Positions 8,469 through 17,128 of a stretch of 60,996 bases of DNA are shown here, one piece after another. A model generated the notes under the pieces. It ran no database searches, had not been told where the DNA came from, and was given only the letters and a program-made list of their open reading frames with translations. Within the stretch, counting starts at the first letter, position 1; every line of letters starts with the position of its first letter. The position numbers and the translations under genes are program-made. Origin of the DNA: a virus; IMG/VR virus record IMGVR_UViG_2788500553_000001, positions 1-60,996 of that record. One strand, written 5' to 3'.

Positions 8469-8635
8469 GCGGGTGGAGGGACTCGAACCCTCGATTCAGC
8501 CGCCCCCAGTCGAACACGAGAAGCGTCGCGTCCCGGTGGCAGGATTACTCATGGCCTCGACAGCCAACTCCGGAGGAATACGCGGAGCGAATACTGGAGG
8601 ATGGGCCTCGACTGATACCTTCACAGCACACCCGC
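8468..8635 (-). ncRNA. 167-nt tRNA-like RNA with a large insert in place of the anticodon loop
   Basis: Perfect acceptor GCGGGTG/CACCCGC, T-arm GAGGG-TTCGAGT-CCCTC, helix CAGTCG/CGGCTG, variable loop AATC, D-region containing GG. Confidence 0.7.
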
Positions 8636-8654
8636 AAAAATGAGAGTTAGCGCA

Positions 8655-9002
8655 CTACGCCTGATCCGCCACGTCGTCGCGGGCATCGAGGATCGCGCCG
8701 ATGAGACTCGCCTTCGACAGCCGCATCGGGTTCTCGATGCCGAGCCGCTCCGCCTTCGACTCCAGTACGTCGACCGACTGATCGGCGAGGCGGCGACGTA
8801 CGACCATCCGGTCGAGGTCGCCCTCGTTGTCCTCACCCGCTGCCGTCGATGGAGCGGGCGCATCGCCGTCGCGCTCGATCCGCACCGTTCCGTCGTCGTA
8901 GACGACGGTGTACGCGTCGAGCGCGGTCGCGATGTAGTCGAGGTCGTCCTCGGTCGTCGCGGCCCGCGTTTCGCCGTACAGGACCGTCTCGCGCTCGCTC
9001 AT
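8655..9002 (-). CDS. Hypothetical protein with C-terminal Rho-N/SAP-like helical motif
   Basis: LADQSVDVLESKAERLGIENPMRLSKASLIGAI resembles the Rho N-terminal domain. Confidence 0.6.
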   Translation of the reverse strand: MSERETVLYGETRAATTEDDLDYIATALDAYTVVYDDGTVRIERDGDAPAPSTAAGEDNEGDLDRMVVRRRLADQSVDVLESKAERLGIENPMRLSKASLIGAILDARDDVADQA

Positions 9003-9004
9003 CG

Positions 9005-9301
9005 TCAGTTGAAGCCGATCGTCGCCGCGTCGTCGTCGAGGCTGTCCTGGCGCACCTGTTCGGCCAGTTCCTGCCCGTCGTAGCCGTCGATGTCAACGTC
9101 GGCCTTCTCACAGATCTCGATCGCCCCGGCGGCGAGCTTCGAGAAGTTCTCCGGCGTGAACACGTAGGCGTCGCCGTTGATCTCGACGTGAATCATCTCG
9201 TCGTCCGCGACGTACTCGGCGCCAAGCGCGACGACGAACGACGGGTCAGGCATTTCTGCGGCTCCACCACTCAGCATCGCCTCAAGCGGGTTTCCACTCA
9301 T
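9005..9301 (-). CDS. Hypothetical protein
   Basis: Start reassigned to MSGNPL; acidic. Confidence 0.6.
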   Translation of the reverse strand: MSGNPLEAMLSGGAAEMPDPSFVVALGAEYVADDEMIHVEINGDAYVFTPENFSKLAAGAIEICEKADVDIDGYDGQELAEQVRQDSLDDDAATIGFN

Positions 9302-9475
9302 CGTTTGAACACCGCCCTCTTGACTTCCGGCTCGCGCCTCGCTGTCCGGGCCGGACAGGCACACCCGACCGGGGTTCGGCAGGGCGTGATAACAGAGAGA
9401 TGGACGAGACACGCGCGTCTCTCGACCGCGACATCGTCGCAGGTGGAACGCGACGCGCCTCATCCGAAACCGCGT

Positions 9476-9766
9476 CTACTCGCGTCTGGGGCGGAGATAT
9501 TCGATGTGGGGATCAGGGAGCGTCATACCGTCGATATGCCAGCGAGCGTACTGCGCGCGGGCCGTCGTCGCCCCCTCAAGCCACGGTTGCTCGACTAACA
9601 GCTCAACCTCACCCTCGACCTCGCGAGTAAACACCGGCACCTCCATCGTCCAGTAGCCGAACTTGCCCGCGTACTTATTCGACGCCGTCGCCGAAAACAC
9701 GCGGAACCCGAGTCGATACTGTTCACCCGGTTCGACCTCGTCGGGGATGTCGCGCTCGTCGGACAT
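9476..9766 (-). CDS. Hypothetical protein
   Basis: 96-aa acidic ORF downstream of the vWA gene. Confidence 0.6.
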   Translation of the reverse strand: MSDERDIPDEVEPGEQYRLGFRVFSATASNKYAGKFGYWTMEVPVFTREVEGEVELLVEQPWLEGATTARAQYARWHIDGMTLPDPHIEYLRPRRE

Positions 9767-9770
9767 GGGC

Positions 9771-11609
9771 TTAAAACAGGATGTCCTTCACGAGAGACCG
9801 GGCGCCGGCCAGCGCCTCGTCGGCCGGGCGGTGTTCGAGTTTGTGGAAGTACTGACTCGCGTTGATTGACTGCTGGTCGAAGTCCTCGTCATCCTCGCGG
9901 ATGTAGATGCCGACCACGGGGAAGTCGCACATCGCCAACTGGTCGCGGTACAGCTCCCGGTGATCCGGCTTCCCGTCCGTCAGGACGATGACGAACGGAT
10001 GTCCGCCCTGCTGATCCAACCGCTCACGAGCCAGCGCGAGCGTATCCGACAGCGGCGTGCCGCCGTCGGCCCGGCCGTTGAACATCTTCTCCTTCGCGTC
10101 CGCGACGGACTCGGGGAAGTCCTTTTCCAACCGGGTCAGGTCATCGAACATCGACATCACCGCGGTCTCGACTTCGACCTCCTCCAACGCCATCGCCAGC
10201 GCGCCGGCGGCCTCCTCGGTCGGCGTCATGAGGCTGTTTCCGAAGTTCGACATCGACCCCGACCGGTCGACCGCGATGACCGCCGAGTAATCCTTCGCGT
10301 CGGGCTTGGACGTGTTCTGGAACACGTTGGTCTTGCCCTTCGACACGTTCTTCATCTGCGACGTGTCGACCTTGCCGGTCGACTTCTTCTTCTGTTTTTG
10401 CGACGCACGCTGCTTCTGGAGGCGCTGCTCCAGCTCGCGGGCGAGCGGCTTCTTCATCCGCTTCGCCTCCTCGAACGCGTCCTGATCGAACGTGCCGGGC
10501 GCCGACGTAACGACTTCCATCTCCGGATCGATGTCATCGTCATAGTCGGTCTGGATCACCCGGACCCACTCCTCCGCTGACTTGACCGACGCCTCGGTGC
10601 CAACCTCCTGCCGCTGCCGGTCGACCTCGTCGGAGTAGTCGATCCGGGCGTCCTGCTTGACCGGCGCCATCTCGAAACTGTCACTCAACTCGGCCGGCTC
10701 GCCGCCGTCGCCATCGTCGTCATCGTCCGGTGCGGCCGCCGGGGCTTCCTCGCCTTCCGAGCCGTCGTTCGCCGTTGTATCCGGTGAGATGGCCTCCATG
10801 TCGAACGTCGGCGTCGTCGTGTCGCCCGACTTCACGGTGCCCTTGATGTCGGCGGCGTGGTCGTCGACGAACTCCCGCAGGATCGCCGGCCGCTCCTCGG
10901 CGTCCGTCTCCGCGAGGTACGCCTCGATCGTGTCTTCCAACGCCGGGAGGATCGTATCGACGTACGTCTCTCGATCGTCGTCGGTCAGGAACTCGATGTC
11001 CGCGTCGGCCGGGTCGACGAGCTTCTCGTGCCACCCGAGCGGGTGCTTCTCCTCCCACAGCCGGTAGACGATCGCGTTCAGGATGGAAACCGTCTCCTCG
11101 TCGTTCTGCTTGAGGAGGTTCTCGTTGGTGATCCGGAACTCGTTTTCCATCCCGAACCGGTCGGCCGCCCGCGGCTCGATGAACGCGTCCTCGAACGCGT
11201 CGAACAGTTTCTTGAACAGCGCCTGATCCGGGTCATCGACGACCACCATCTCGGCCTCGACTGCGGGCCAGTCCGTCCACTTCAGGTGACCGATTTCGTG
11301 ATACAAGTCGGTCTCCTGAACCATCAGGTCCCACTCACCCTCGGGGACCGACGTTTCCGTCTGCTCCGGCACATCGGCCCGCACGTTGATGATCTTCCGG
11401 TCGGTGTATCCGAACTCGGTATCCGCGTCCGCGAGGTCAGCGTACGCCCGATCGCCGCTGACCTGAACGAACACCTCCTGATTCGTCGACATAATCGCCC
11501 GCTTCTCGAGGTGTTCGCGACGGGCCTTTGATTCGCGCAGTTTTTCTCGGCCGCCCTCACCGAAGCGGCGCTCGACCGTTTCGACCTTCGTGTTTGTATC
11601 GAGGAACAT
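9771..11609 (-). CDS. CobT-like vWA-domain protein with N-terminal metallopeptidase-like motif
   Basis: MIDAS DRSGS, GGTPL, LTDGKPD; N-terminal HEIGH...FED..IE; start reassigned to MFLDTN. Confidence 0.85.
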   Translation of the reverse strand: MFLDTNTKVETVERRFGEGGREKLRESKARREHLEKRAIMSTNQEVFVQVSGDRAYADLADADTEFGYTDRKIINVRADVPEQTETSVPEGEWDLMVQETDLYHEIGHLKWTDWPAVEAEMVVVDDPDQALFKKLFDAFEDAFIEPRAADRFGMENEFRITNENLLKQNDEETVSILNAIVYRLWEEKHPLGWHEKLVDPADADIEFLTDDDRETYVDTILPALEDTIEAYLAETDAEERPAILREFVDDHAADIKGTVKSGDTTTPTFDMEAISPDTTANDGSEGEEAPAAAPDDDDDGDGGEPAELSDSFEMAPVKQDARIDYSDEVDRQRQEVGTEASVKSAEEWVRVIQTDYDDDIDPEMEVVTSAPGTFDQDAFEEAKRMKKPLARELEQRLQKQRASQKQKKKSTGKVDTSQMKNVSKGKTNVFQNTSKPDAKDYSAVIAVDRSGSMSNFGNSLMTPTEEAAGALAMALEEVEVETAVMSMFDDLTRLEKDFPESVADAKEKMFNGRADGGTPLSDTLALARERLDQQGGHPFVIVLTDGKPDHRELYRDQLAMCDFPVVGIYIREDDEDFDQQSINASQYFHKLEHRPADEALAGARSLVKDILF

Positions 11610-11611
11610 GG

Positions 11612-12787
11612 TTACCAGTTCTGACTGCTGATGTGTTGTTTGATGTCCTGTCGATCCTCCGGGTCGGCGCGGCCGACAAGCACCATCTCGGCCGCCGCCT
11701 CGAAGCTGCCGAGGCGGTCGGCCATCCGCGCCACCTGAACCACGTCGCGGGTACTGATCCACGTCGACGTTTTGCCCATCCGTTTCAGTGACCGAATACC
11801 GGTGACGACGCCGCCATCGTCGCGCAACAGCGTGTCGATCGCCGGGTCGTCTCGATCGAACGGCGTCTCCATCTCGATGACGCGGCGCTCCGCGTCCTCC
11901 GACAGCGGCGGGAGCCGGACCGGGTAGAACCGGCTCGATGTCGCCGCGTCGAGCATCTCGCGGCCACCGTACCCGACCTCGTTGGGGTTCATCGTGGCCG
12001 CGAAGATGAACTCGTCGTGCGGCTCGATGACCTGGTTCGTCTCGGGGATGACAATCTCCGACGAGTCCGCGTCTTCGAGGATTTTGTTCAACATCGTCTG
12101 GACTTTGCCGCTGAGGGCGTTGAACTCGTCCAGAACGAACATATAGCCGTGCCGCAGCGCCGTCGTCAACAGCCCTTCCTCGTACTCGAACCCGCCGTCC
12201 TCCGTCGGCTGATACGTGCCGACGAGGAGGTCGACGAAGTCCGGATCGTCGTTCGCGACGAGCCGAACCATCGGCCGGTTCGTCCGCGCCGCGATGTGTT
12301 CGAGGAGCGCGTCCTTCCCGATGCCGTGCTTGCCGATCAACAGCGTCGAGAAGTCGTCGTCGGCGAGCGCCGCCGTCACGACATCCACGTCCGTCTTCTT
12401 GTGTAGCTCACTCTCGTCGTCCTGACTCATCCGGCGCCGGATGTAGCCGGTGTTCGCGTGCCGGGGGACCTCCGGGTGACCCGTATCCTCTAACACGGGG
12501 AGCGACCCGAACGTCTCCGTCGTCGCCGCACCGGCATCTTCGGCGACCAACTCGTCGCTGTCGCCGTCGAACGCGTCCGCGAGGTGGTCGCTCGGCACGA
12601 CCATGTCGTCGGCGCCGGCGCGCTTCTCCTTCTCCGCGACCATGCTGTCGGCGACGTACTGCTTCGCCGTCGACTCCGCGATGTCGATCTCGGCGACCAA
12701 CTCGTCGACCGCACGATCGTACGGGACTTCGCCGTCGTTTTCGTGGAGTAACCGCTTCAACTGGGCCTCGGATTTCTGGGTTGCCAT
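11612..12787 (-). CDS. MoxR/CbbQ/CobS-like AAA+ ATPase
   Basis: Walker A GKHGIGKD, Walker B VLDEFN, FAATMNP, LDAATSSRF. Confidence 0.88.
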   Translation of the reverse strand: MATQKSEAQLKRLLHENDGEVPYDRAVDELVAEIDIAESTAKQYVADSMVAEKEKRAGADDMVVPSDHLADAFDGDSDELVAEDAGAATTETFGSLPVLEDTGHPEVPRHANTGYIRRRMSQDDESELHKKTDVDVVTAALADDDFSTLLIGKHGIGKDALLEHIAARTNRPMVRLVANDDPDFVDLLVGTYQPTEDGGFEYEEGLLTTALRHGYMFVLDEFNALSGKVQTMLNKILEDADSSEIVIPETNQVIEPHDEFIFAATMNPNEVGYGGREMLDAATSSRFYPVRLPPLSEDAERRVIEMETPFDRDDPAIDTLLRDDGGVVTGIRSLKRMGKTSTWISTRDVVQVARMADRLGSFEAAAEMVLVGRADPEDRQDIKQHISSQNW

Positions 12788-12913
12788 ATCGTTCGCACAC
12801 CTCCGTTATCGCCCGCTTAGCGACCCGACCGGGGATTTTTGGTGGGTTCGGGCCGGTCTACCACGTCACGGTGGGGCGACGCAGACCGGTAAAGGAGGAG
12901 CGGTGTGCCGGCG

Positions 12914-14038
12914 TTACGCCTCAACCGGCTCCGCTTCGTCGTCGTCGGCCTCGAAGTCGTCGAGGTTGGCCTGTGCGATCACGTCGTCGACGATCTCCGT
13001 CTTCTCGTCATCGCTGAGCTGCTCCTTCTGCCGTTCGAGCGCGTCCTCAATACTGATCTCCGCATCGAGGAGGCCGTTGTATATCTCGGCCGTCTCGCTC
13101 GCCTCGGCGTTGATGTCCGCCTTGATCGCGTCGACCGCCTCCGCCGCGGCCTCGCCCTCGTCGAACGCGTCGAGCGCCTCCTCGACGATGTCGTCGACCG
13201 CCTTCTCCAGCGTCTGCGTGACAGCCGCCTCGACCCACGCCTGCTTGTCCGGCGTATCGAGGATCTCGAACGTCCGAATCGCCATCGGCTCACCGCGCTC
13301 CTTGTACGACTCGTTGATGCGGTCGAACAGCTCGGCGAGGTCCTCGACGAAGTCGATCATCGCCGCCGGGAAGAGGTACACCGACCGCTGAAGCTTGATG
13401 ACGTTCTGTGTGTACCGCCGAACCACCCGGTAAATCATGTCCCGCATATCCGTCGCGGTGTGAGTGTGCTGGAACTCTTTGTGAAGGTTCCGCGCACCCT
13501 CCGACACGTCCTTCCAAACCGGCGCGAGGTAGTCGTCTTCGCTCAGGTCGTCGTCGGCGCGGGCGATGAGCCGGTTCGACTCGTCATCGTAGAAAATATC
13601 GCCGAGGTGGAACTGCCGCCACTCGCCGCCCTCGGTGCCGGACTCCTCCTCGTCGAAGAACACCTCACCGCGGACGTGATGCCAGCGGCGGCCTTCACCC
13701 TCTTTGATGTCGACGGTGACCCGATGCTCCTCCTCGACGCCATTATCGGCCCGCGGCGCCTCGACGAAGTAATCGTCGAGCCAATGCTTCGTCATGTGCT
13801 CGATCGTCCGGCTGTACGCCTTCCGCGGCGTCGGCTGCGGCGGCGCGATGTCGTCAGGGAGGCCGATGTCCTCCATCTGATCCATCAGCCAGTCGCGGGG
13901 CGTCAGCGCCGACCACTCGGCGCCGACCACGTACGTCACGCCGTATCCGATGACCTCATGGTCCTGATCGCCGGTGAGGTCGGCGAGTTTCGCTTTTTCG
14001 GCGTCGATGCCACTATCGAGTTGGGTTTTCCCAGACAT
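12914..14038 (-). CDS. Hypothetical protein, possibly DUF3150-like, linked to the MoxR/vWA pair
   Basis: Acidic, helical C-terminus; SVYLFP segment; gene position. Confidence 0.6.
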   Translation of the reverse strand: MSGKTQLDSGIDAEKAKLADLTGDQDHEVIGYGVTYVVGAEWSALTPRDWLMDQMEDIGLPDDIAPPQPTPRKAYSRTIEHMTKHWLDDYFVEAPRADNGVEEEHRVTVDIKEGEGRRWHHVRGEVFFDEEESGTEGGEWRQFHLGDIFYDDESNRLIARADDDLSEDDYLAPVWKDVSEGARNLHKEFQHTHTATDMRDMIYRVVRRYTQNVIKLQRSVYLFPAAMIDFVEDLAELFDRINESYKERGEPMAIRTFEILDTPDKQAWVEAAVTQTLEKAVDDIVEEALDAFDEGEAAAEAVDAIKADINAEASETAEIYNGLLDAEISIEDALERQKEQLSDDEKTEIVDDVIAQANLDDFEADDDEAEPVEA

Positions 14039-14164
14039 AGTTCACACACCTCGAACCCGGTGACTTCCGCTCGGGCCGCCGCTCGGCCGTCATCGCTCGC
14101 TGATGGGCGGTCAGGCATGGCCGCGAGGCCATGATAACGACGAGACGGCGCGTGCTTGCCGTCT

Positions 14165-14293
14165 CTACGCGTCGAGGGCGGCGGTGCTGGCTGTCACCCT
14201 CGCGCCGCATAACGACGCTGTCTCGGCAAGTTCGGCGTCCGTCGTGTCGGACACCGCGCCGCTCGGGTATTCGATGCGGTATATCGTCGTCAT
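14165..14293 (-). CDS. 42-aa microprotein (not in ORF track)
   Basis: MTTIYRIEYPSGAVSDTTDAELAETASLCGARVTASTAALDA; ATG overlaps the upstream TGA. Confidence 0.55.
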   Translation of the reverse strand: MTTIYRIEYPSGAVSDTTDAELAETASLCGARVTASTAALDA

Positions 14294-14544
14294 ATTTGAA
14301 CCACCACCTTCCAAACGTCGGTGTACCGCGGATCGTTGACCTCCTCCGCGGCGATGAGCGCCCCGAGCGCGATGTTTGTATCGAACTCACGCTCCGCGCG
14401 ACGCTTCGCGACGTTTTTCGCGACCTGCTCGGGCGACGACGACACACCCTCCGCGAAGCCGTACTCGCTGAGGTTGATTTCGTACGTCACGGTCGCCTGA
14501 AGGTTATCGCGTTTCACGTCAATCTCGTCGGGGATATCGGCCAT
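14290..14544 (-). CDS. Hypothetical protein
   Basis: Start reassigned to MADIPD. Confidence 0.6.
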   Translation of the reverse strand: MADIPDEIDVKRDNLQATVTYEINLSEYGFAEGVSSSPEQVAKNVAKRRAEREFDTNIALGALIAAEEVNDPRYTDVWKVVVQI

Positions 14545-14810
14545 TACGCCATCACCTCGACGAACTCGCCGTTCTCGTCGACCTCGGCGATCGCGGCGTC
14601 GCTCGCGGGCTGTTCGACTCCGACCGGGGTAACGCGTTCTTCGCACATATCGCAAAACACTCCGTTTCGCCGTCGTACGGCTCATCAGGCCGGCTTCAGC
14701 CGGCGACGGATTGATGCGCCCCGTCGAGTGTTACTCGCGGGGGACTCACTTGCGCGACGCCCCCTCGTTTCCATGTCCGCTACTCGCGCGTCTGGCCTAA
14801 CCGCGCTTTG

Positions 14811-15355
14811 AAAAACGCCGCCGGAAGCTCACGCTGTACCGTCGACGGGATGACTACCTCGGTGTACGCTGTACGCCGTGTCGGCGCACGCGGTCGACTG
14901 GGCGGGGAACTCGGGGTCGCTGGCTCTCGCCTCGCCGTATCCCACGTCTAAGCCCCGTTTCCACGGACTGCCACTCAGGGCACGTCGGCGTCGGTCTGTG
15001 TCGTGACTTTACTCACACGGGCTCCGACGCTTTATCGCTCGACGCTGTCCGGCTCGCCAGCACCGCCGCTCACCGGACGAGATCGAACGCCCGCTGATCC
15101 ACACCCGAGGTTCCAGAGGCTCTCTGCGGCCGGCACCGCGCCGCGTCGAACGTGGGGATCCTCGCCCGACCGGGGTAGCGCCTTGCGCCCGCTTCCACTC
15201 GGGCACTCCGAACCGGCGCTGGTTCATGGACCTCCTCTCGGAACGTGCTTGACCGGGCAACCCCGGTCACGACCTGACCCCGCTTGGCGAGGGGCGTCGG
15301 CCGCTGTCGTCGCGTGGGTTCGCACACCGCAACTGCCTTCGCCTTCTTCTCACCC
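14811..15355 (-). ncRNA. Candidate large structured ncRNA (~545 nt)
   Basis: No acidic ORF; TATA-like TTTTATTAT upstream, TTTTT at the end, at least nine local hairpins. Confidence 0.5.
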
Positions 15356-15373
15356 GTACATACGTTCCGGGGG

Positions 15374-15382
15374 ATAATAAAA
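15374..15382 (-). promoter_or_regulatory. TATA box for leftward transcript (candidate ncRNA)
   Basis: TTTTATTAT on the minus strand within very GC-rich context. Confidence 0.55.
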
Positions 15383-15502
15383 CTTTACCTGTTCAAGCGA
15401 GGTTTGCCTATAAACATCCCCTCGACCTCCGGGGACTCCGGGGCTAACTCACCCCCAAACACCCCGTCAGACGAGGCGCAGATACTCGCGCGCGCTCCGC
15501 GC

Positions 15503-17128
15503 CTACCACGAGGTCGAGGAGGCCGAGTCCGAAGCCGGCACGATCGTCCGCCCGCCGCTGCTATTCCACAGGACACGATACCGCCGATTCGCCGCGTCGA
15601 GGCCGTCGTCGAACGCCGTCGCCACGTATTCGAGCGCGGTATGGAGGTCGCGGAGTGTCTTTTCGTCGAAGAACGAGTCGAGAAGGCGCCAAAATTCCGT
15701 GCCGACCGGCTCTCCGCCGATCGTCACGTTCGACTCATCCTCGCGGAGCATCGCGTCGAACGTCCGATTCATGTCGAGGATCTGCTGGAGGTTGTGAAGG
15801 ACGATCGGCGTCGAGTCGAGCGAGGTCTCGCCTGAGGCAATCGCGTCGAAGCCGCGATCGCGTTGCGTCCGTGTACACACCGGACATCGGCACGGGAAGA
15901 AGTCGAGTTCCGTCGGCGACAGGTATTCGTTCTCCTCTTCATCGCGCGTCGACAGGACCGTGAACCGGCGCCGCGCCGTGCGCGGCAACTCGAACCGCCG
16001 TGCCTTCGCGCCGTACGTGTGCGCGGTCGAGTCGGACGTAACCATCTGGTCGGTCCGACTGGCGTAGTACATCAGGAGCGGGAGCTGTTGCTCGCCCGAC
16101 ACCTGAAGGACGTGAATATACTCAGCGTCGTCGAGGTACTCGGCCGCGAACGCGAGATGATACGCCACCTGCCCGATCGACGTGGCCGGCTTCGGCGACA
16201 GCGTCCACGCACGGGGCTTTTGGAGGCCGGCGTCGGCCGCCCCATCGACCGCCCGCTTCCACCACTCGCGGGCGAGCTTGTGCGAGTCGTCGGCGCGGGG
16301 ATGCGGCCGGGCTTGGATCACCGGCGCGAACAGGTACCCCGCCGCGCCGTCGGCGCCGTCGTCGCGCAACTCCTGAAGTCGATGGCCCATCCGTTCGACC
16401 ATCTCGCGGTGCCGGACGGCGTGGTCGTAGAACTGCGACTCCCACTCACGGGTGAACTCGTCTTGCGCGGCGAAGTTTTGCGTCCCTTCGGTGTTACCGT
16501 ACGGCGGGAAGTCGATGGTCGAGCCGGCGTCGGCGTTCCGCACCTGCCACTCAACGAGCCGCTCCGGGTTGATCCGGTACTCGTTGAAGTCGTGGTCGGC
16601 CGGGTCATCGACCATTTCCGCGTCGTCGATCGTCACGAGTTGGAACCCGCCCGAGTCGGCGAAGATGAACTGCTCACCGCGCTCGAACCGAAACACGTCG
16701 CGGAAATCGTGTTCACTCAGGTCGACGCCGCCGATCCCCCCGGCCGGATTGACGAGCGCGAACGGATGCGCCGGCATCACGGAGTCGGACTCCCACCAAC
16801 TCATCTCATGGCCGTCGAGCAGGTAGTCGTGGTCGGCCTCGGTCGACGGCAGCCCGGTATCGATGTCGCGCCGGCTCCCGTATCGCTGCGCCGCGATCCG
16901 GGCGATCGAAAAGCCGAACACAGGCATGAACGTGTACCGTCCGCGCCGGAGGACCGACTCGACCGACCCCGCGCTCGTCACGGCGTCATCTGTTGACGAG
17001 ACACCGTCGTCTTCGGTGCCGTCCGCGCTCCATGTAGTATCGGACGCGGGGCTCCGGTTGACCATCTCGCCGCCGTCTGACCGCGTCTCTGGCGTCGGCC
17101 CCCACGCCGAGGGATCAGGCCCCGACAT
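15503..17128 (-). CDS. dpdA: DpdA / TGT-fold 7-deazaguanine transglycosylase, probably DNA-targeting
   Basis: TGT motifs FADSGGFQ, IDFPP, PVIQ, TSDS and Zn site CRCPVC...HN; no PUA domain; next to queF and yhhQ. Confidence 0.82.
   Translation of the reverse strand: MSGPDPSAWGPTPETRSDGGEMVNRSPASDTTWSADGTEDDGVSSTDDAVTSAGSVESVLRRGRYTFMPVFGFSIARIAAQRYGSRRDIDTGLPSTEADHDYLLDGHEMSWWESDSVMPAHPFALVNPAGGIGGVDLSEHDFRDVFRFERGEQFIFADSGGFQLVTIDDAEMVDDPADHDFNEYRINPERLVEWQVRNADAGSTIDFPPYGNTEGTQNFAAQDEFTREWESQFYDHAVRHREMVERMGHRLQELRDDGADGAAGYLFAPVIQARPHPRADDSHKLAREWWKRAVDGAADAGLQKPRAWTLSPKPATSIGQVAYHLAFAAEYLDDAEYIHVLQVSGEQQLPLLMYYASRTDQMVTSDSTAHTYGAKARRFELPRTARRRFTVLSTRDEEENEYLSPTELDFFPCRCPVCTRTQRDRGFDAIASGETSLDSTPIVLHNLQQILDMNRTFDAMLREDESNVTIGGEPVGTEFWRLLDSFFDEKTLRDLHTALEYVATAFDDGLDAANRRYRVLWNSSGGRTIVPASDSASSTSW

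Noticed and set aside
8496-8552. 18-codon ORF (MSNPATG...) inside the 167-nt RNA as a tmRNA-style tag
   Set aside because: Starts with ATG, runs into the closing helix and has no supporting composition; likely chance.
8468-8635. Canonical or intron-containing tRNA call
   Set aside because: No 7-nt anticodon loop with U33 and purine 37, and no correctly oriented BHB could be drawn; kept as a tRNA-like ncRNA.
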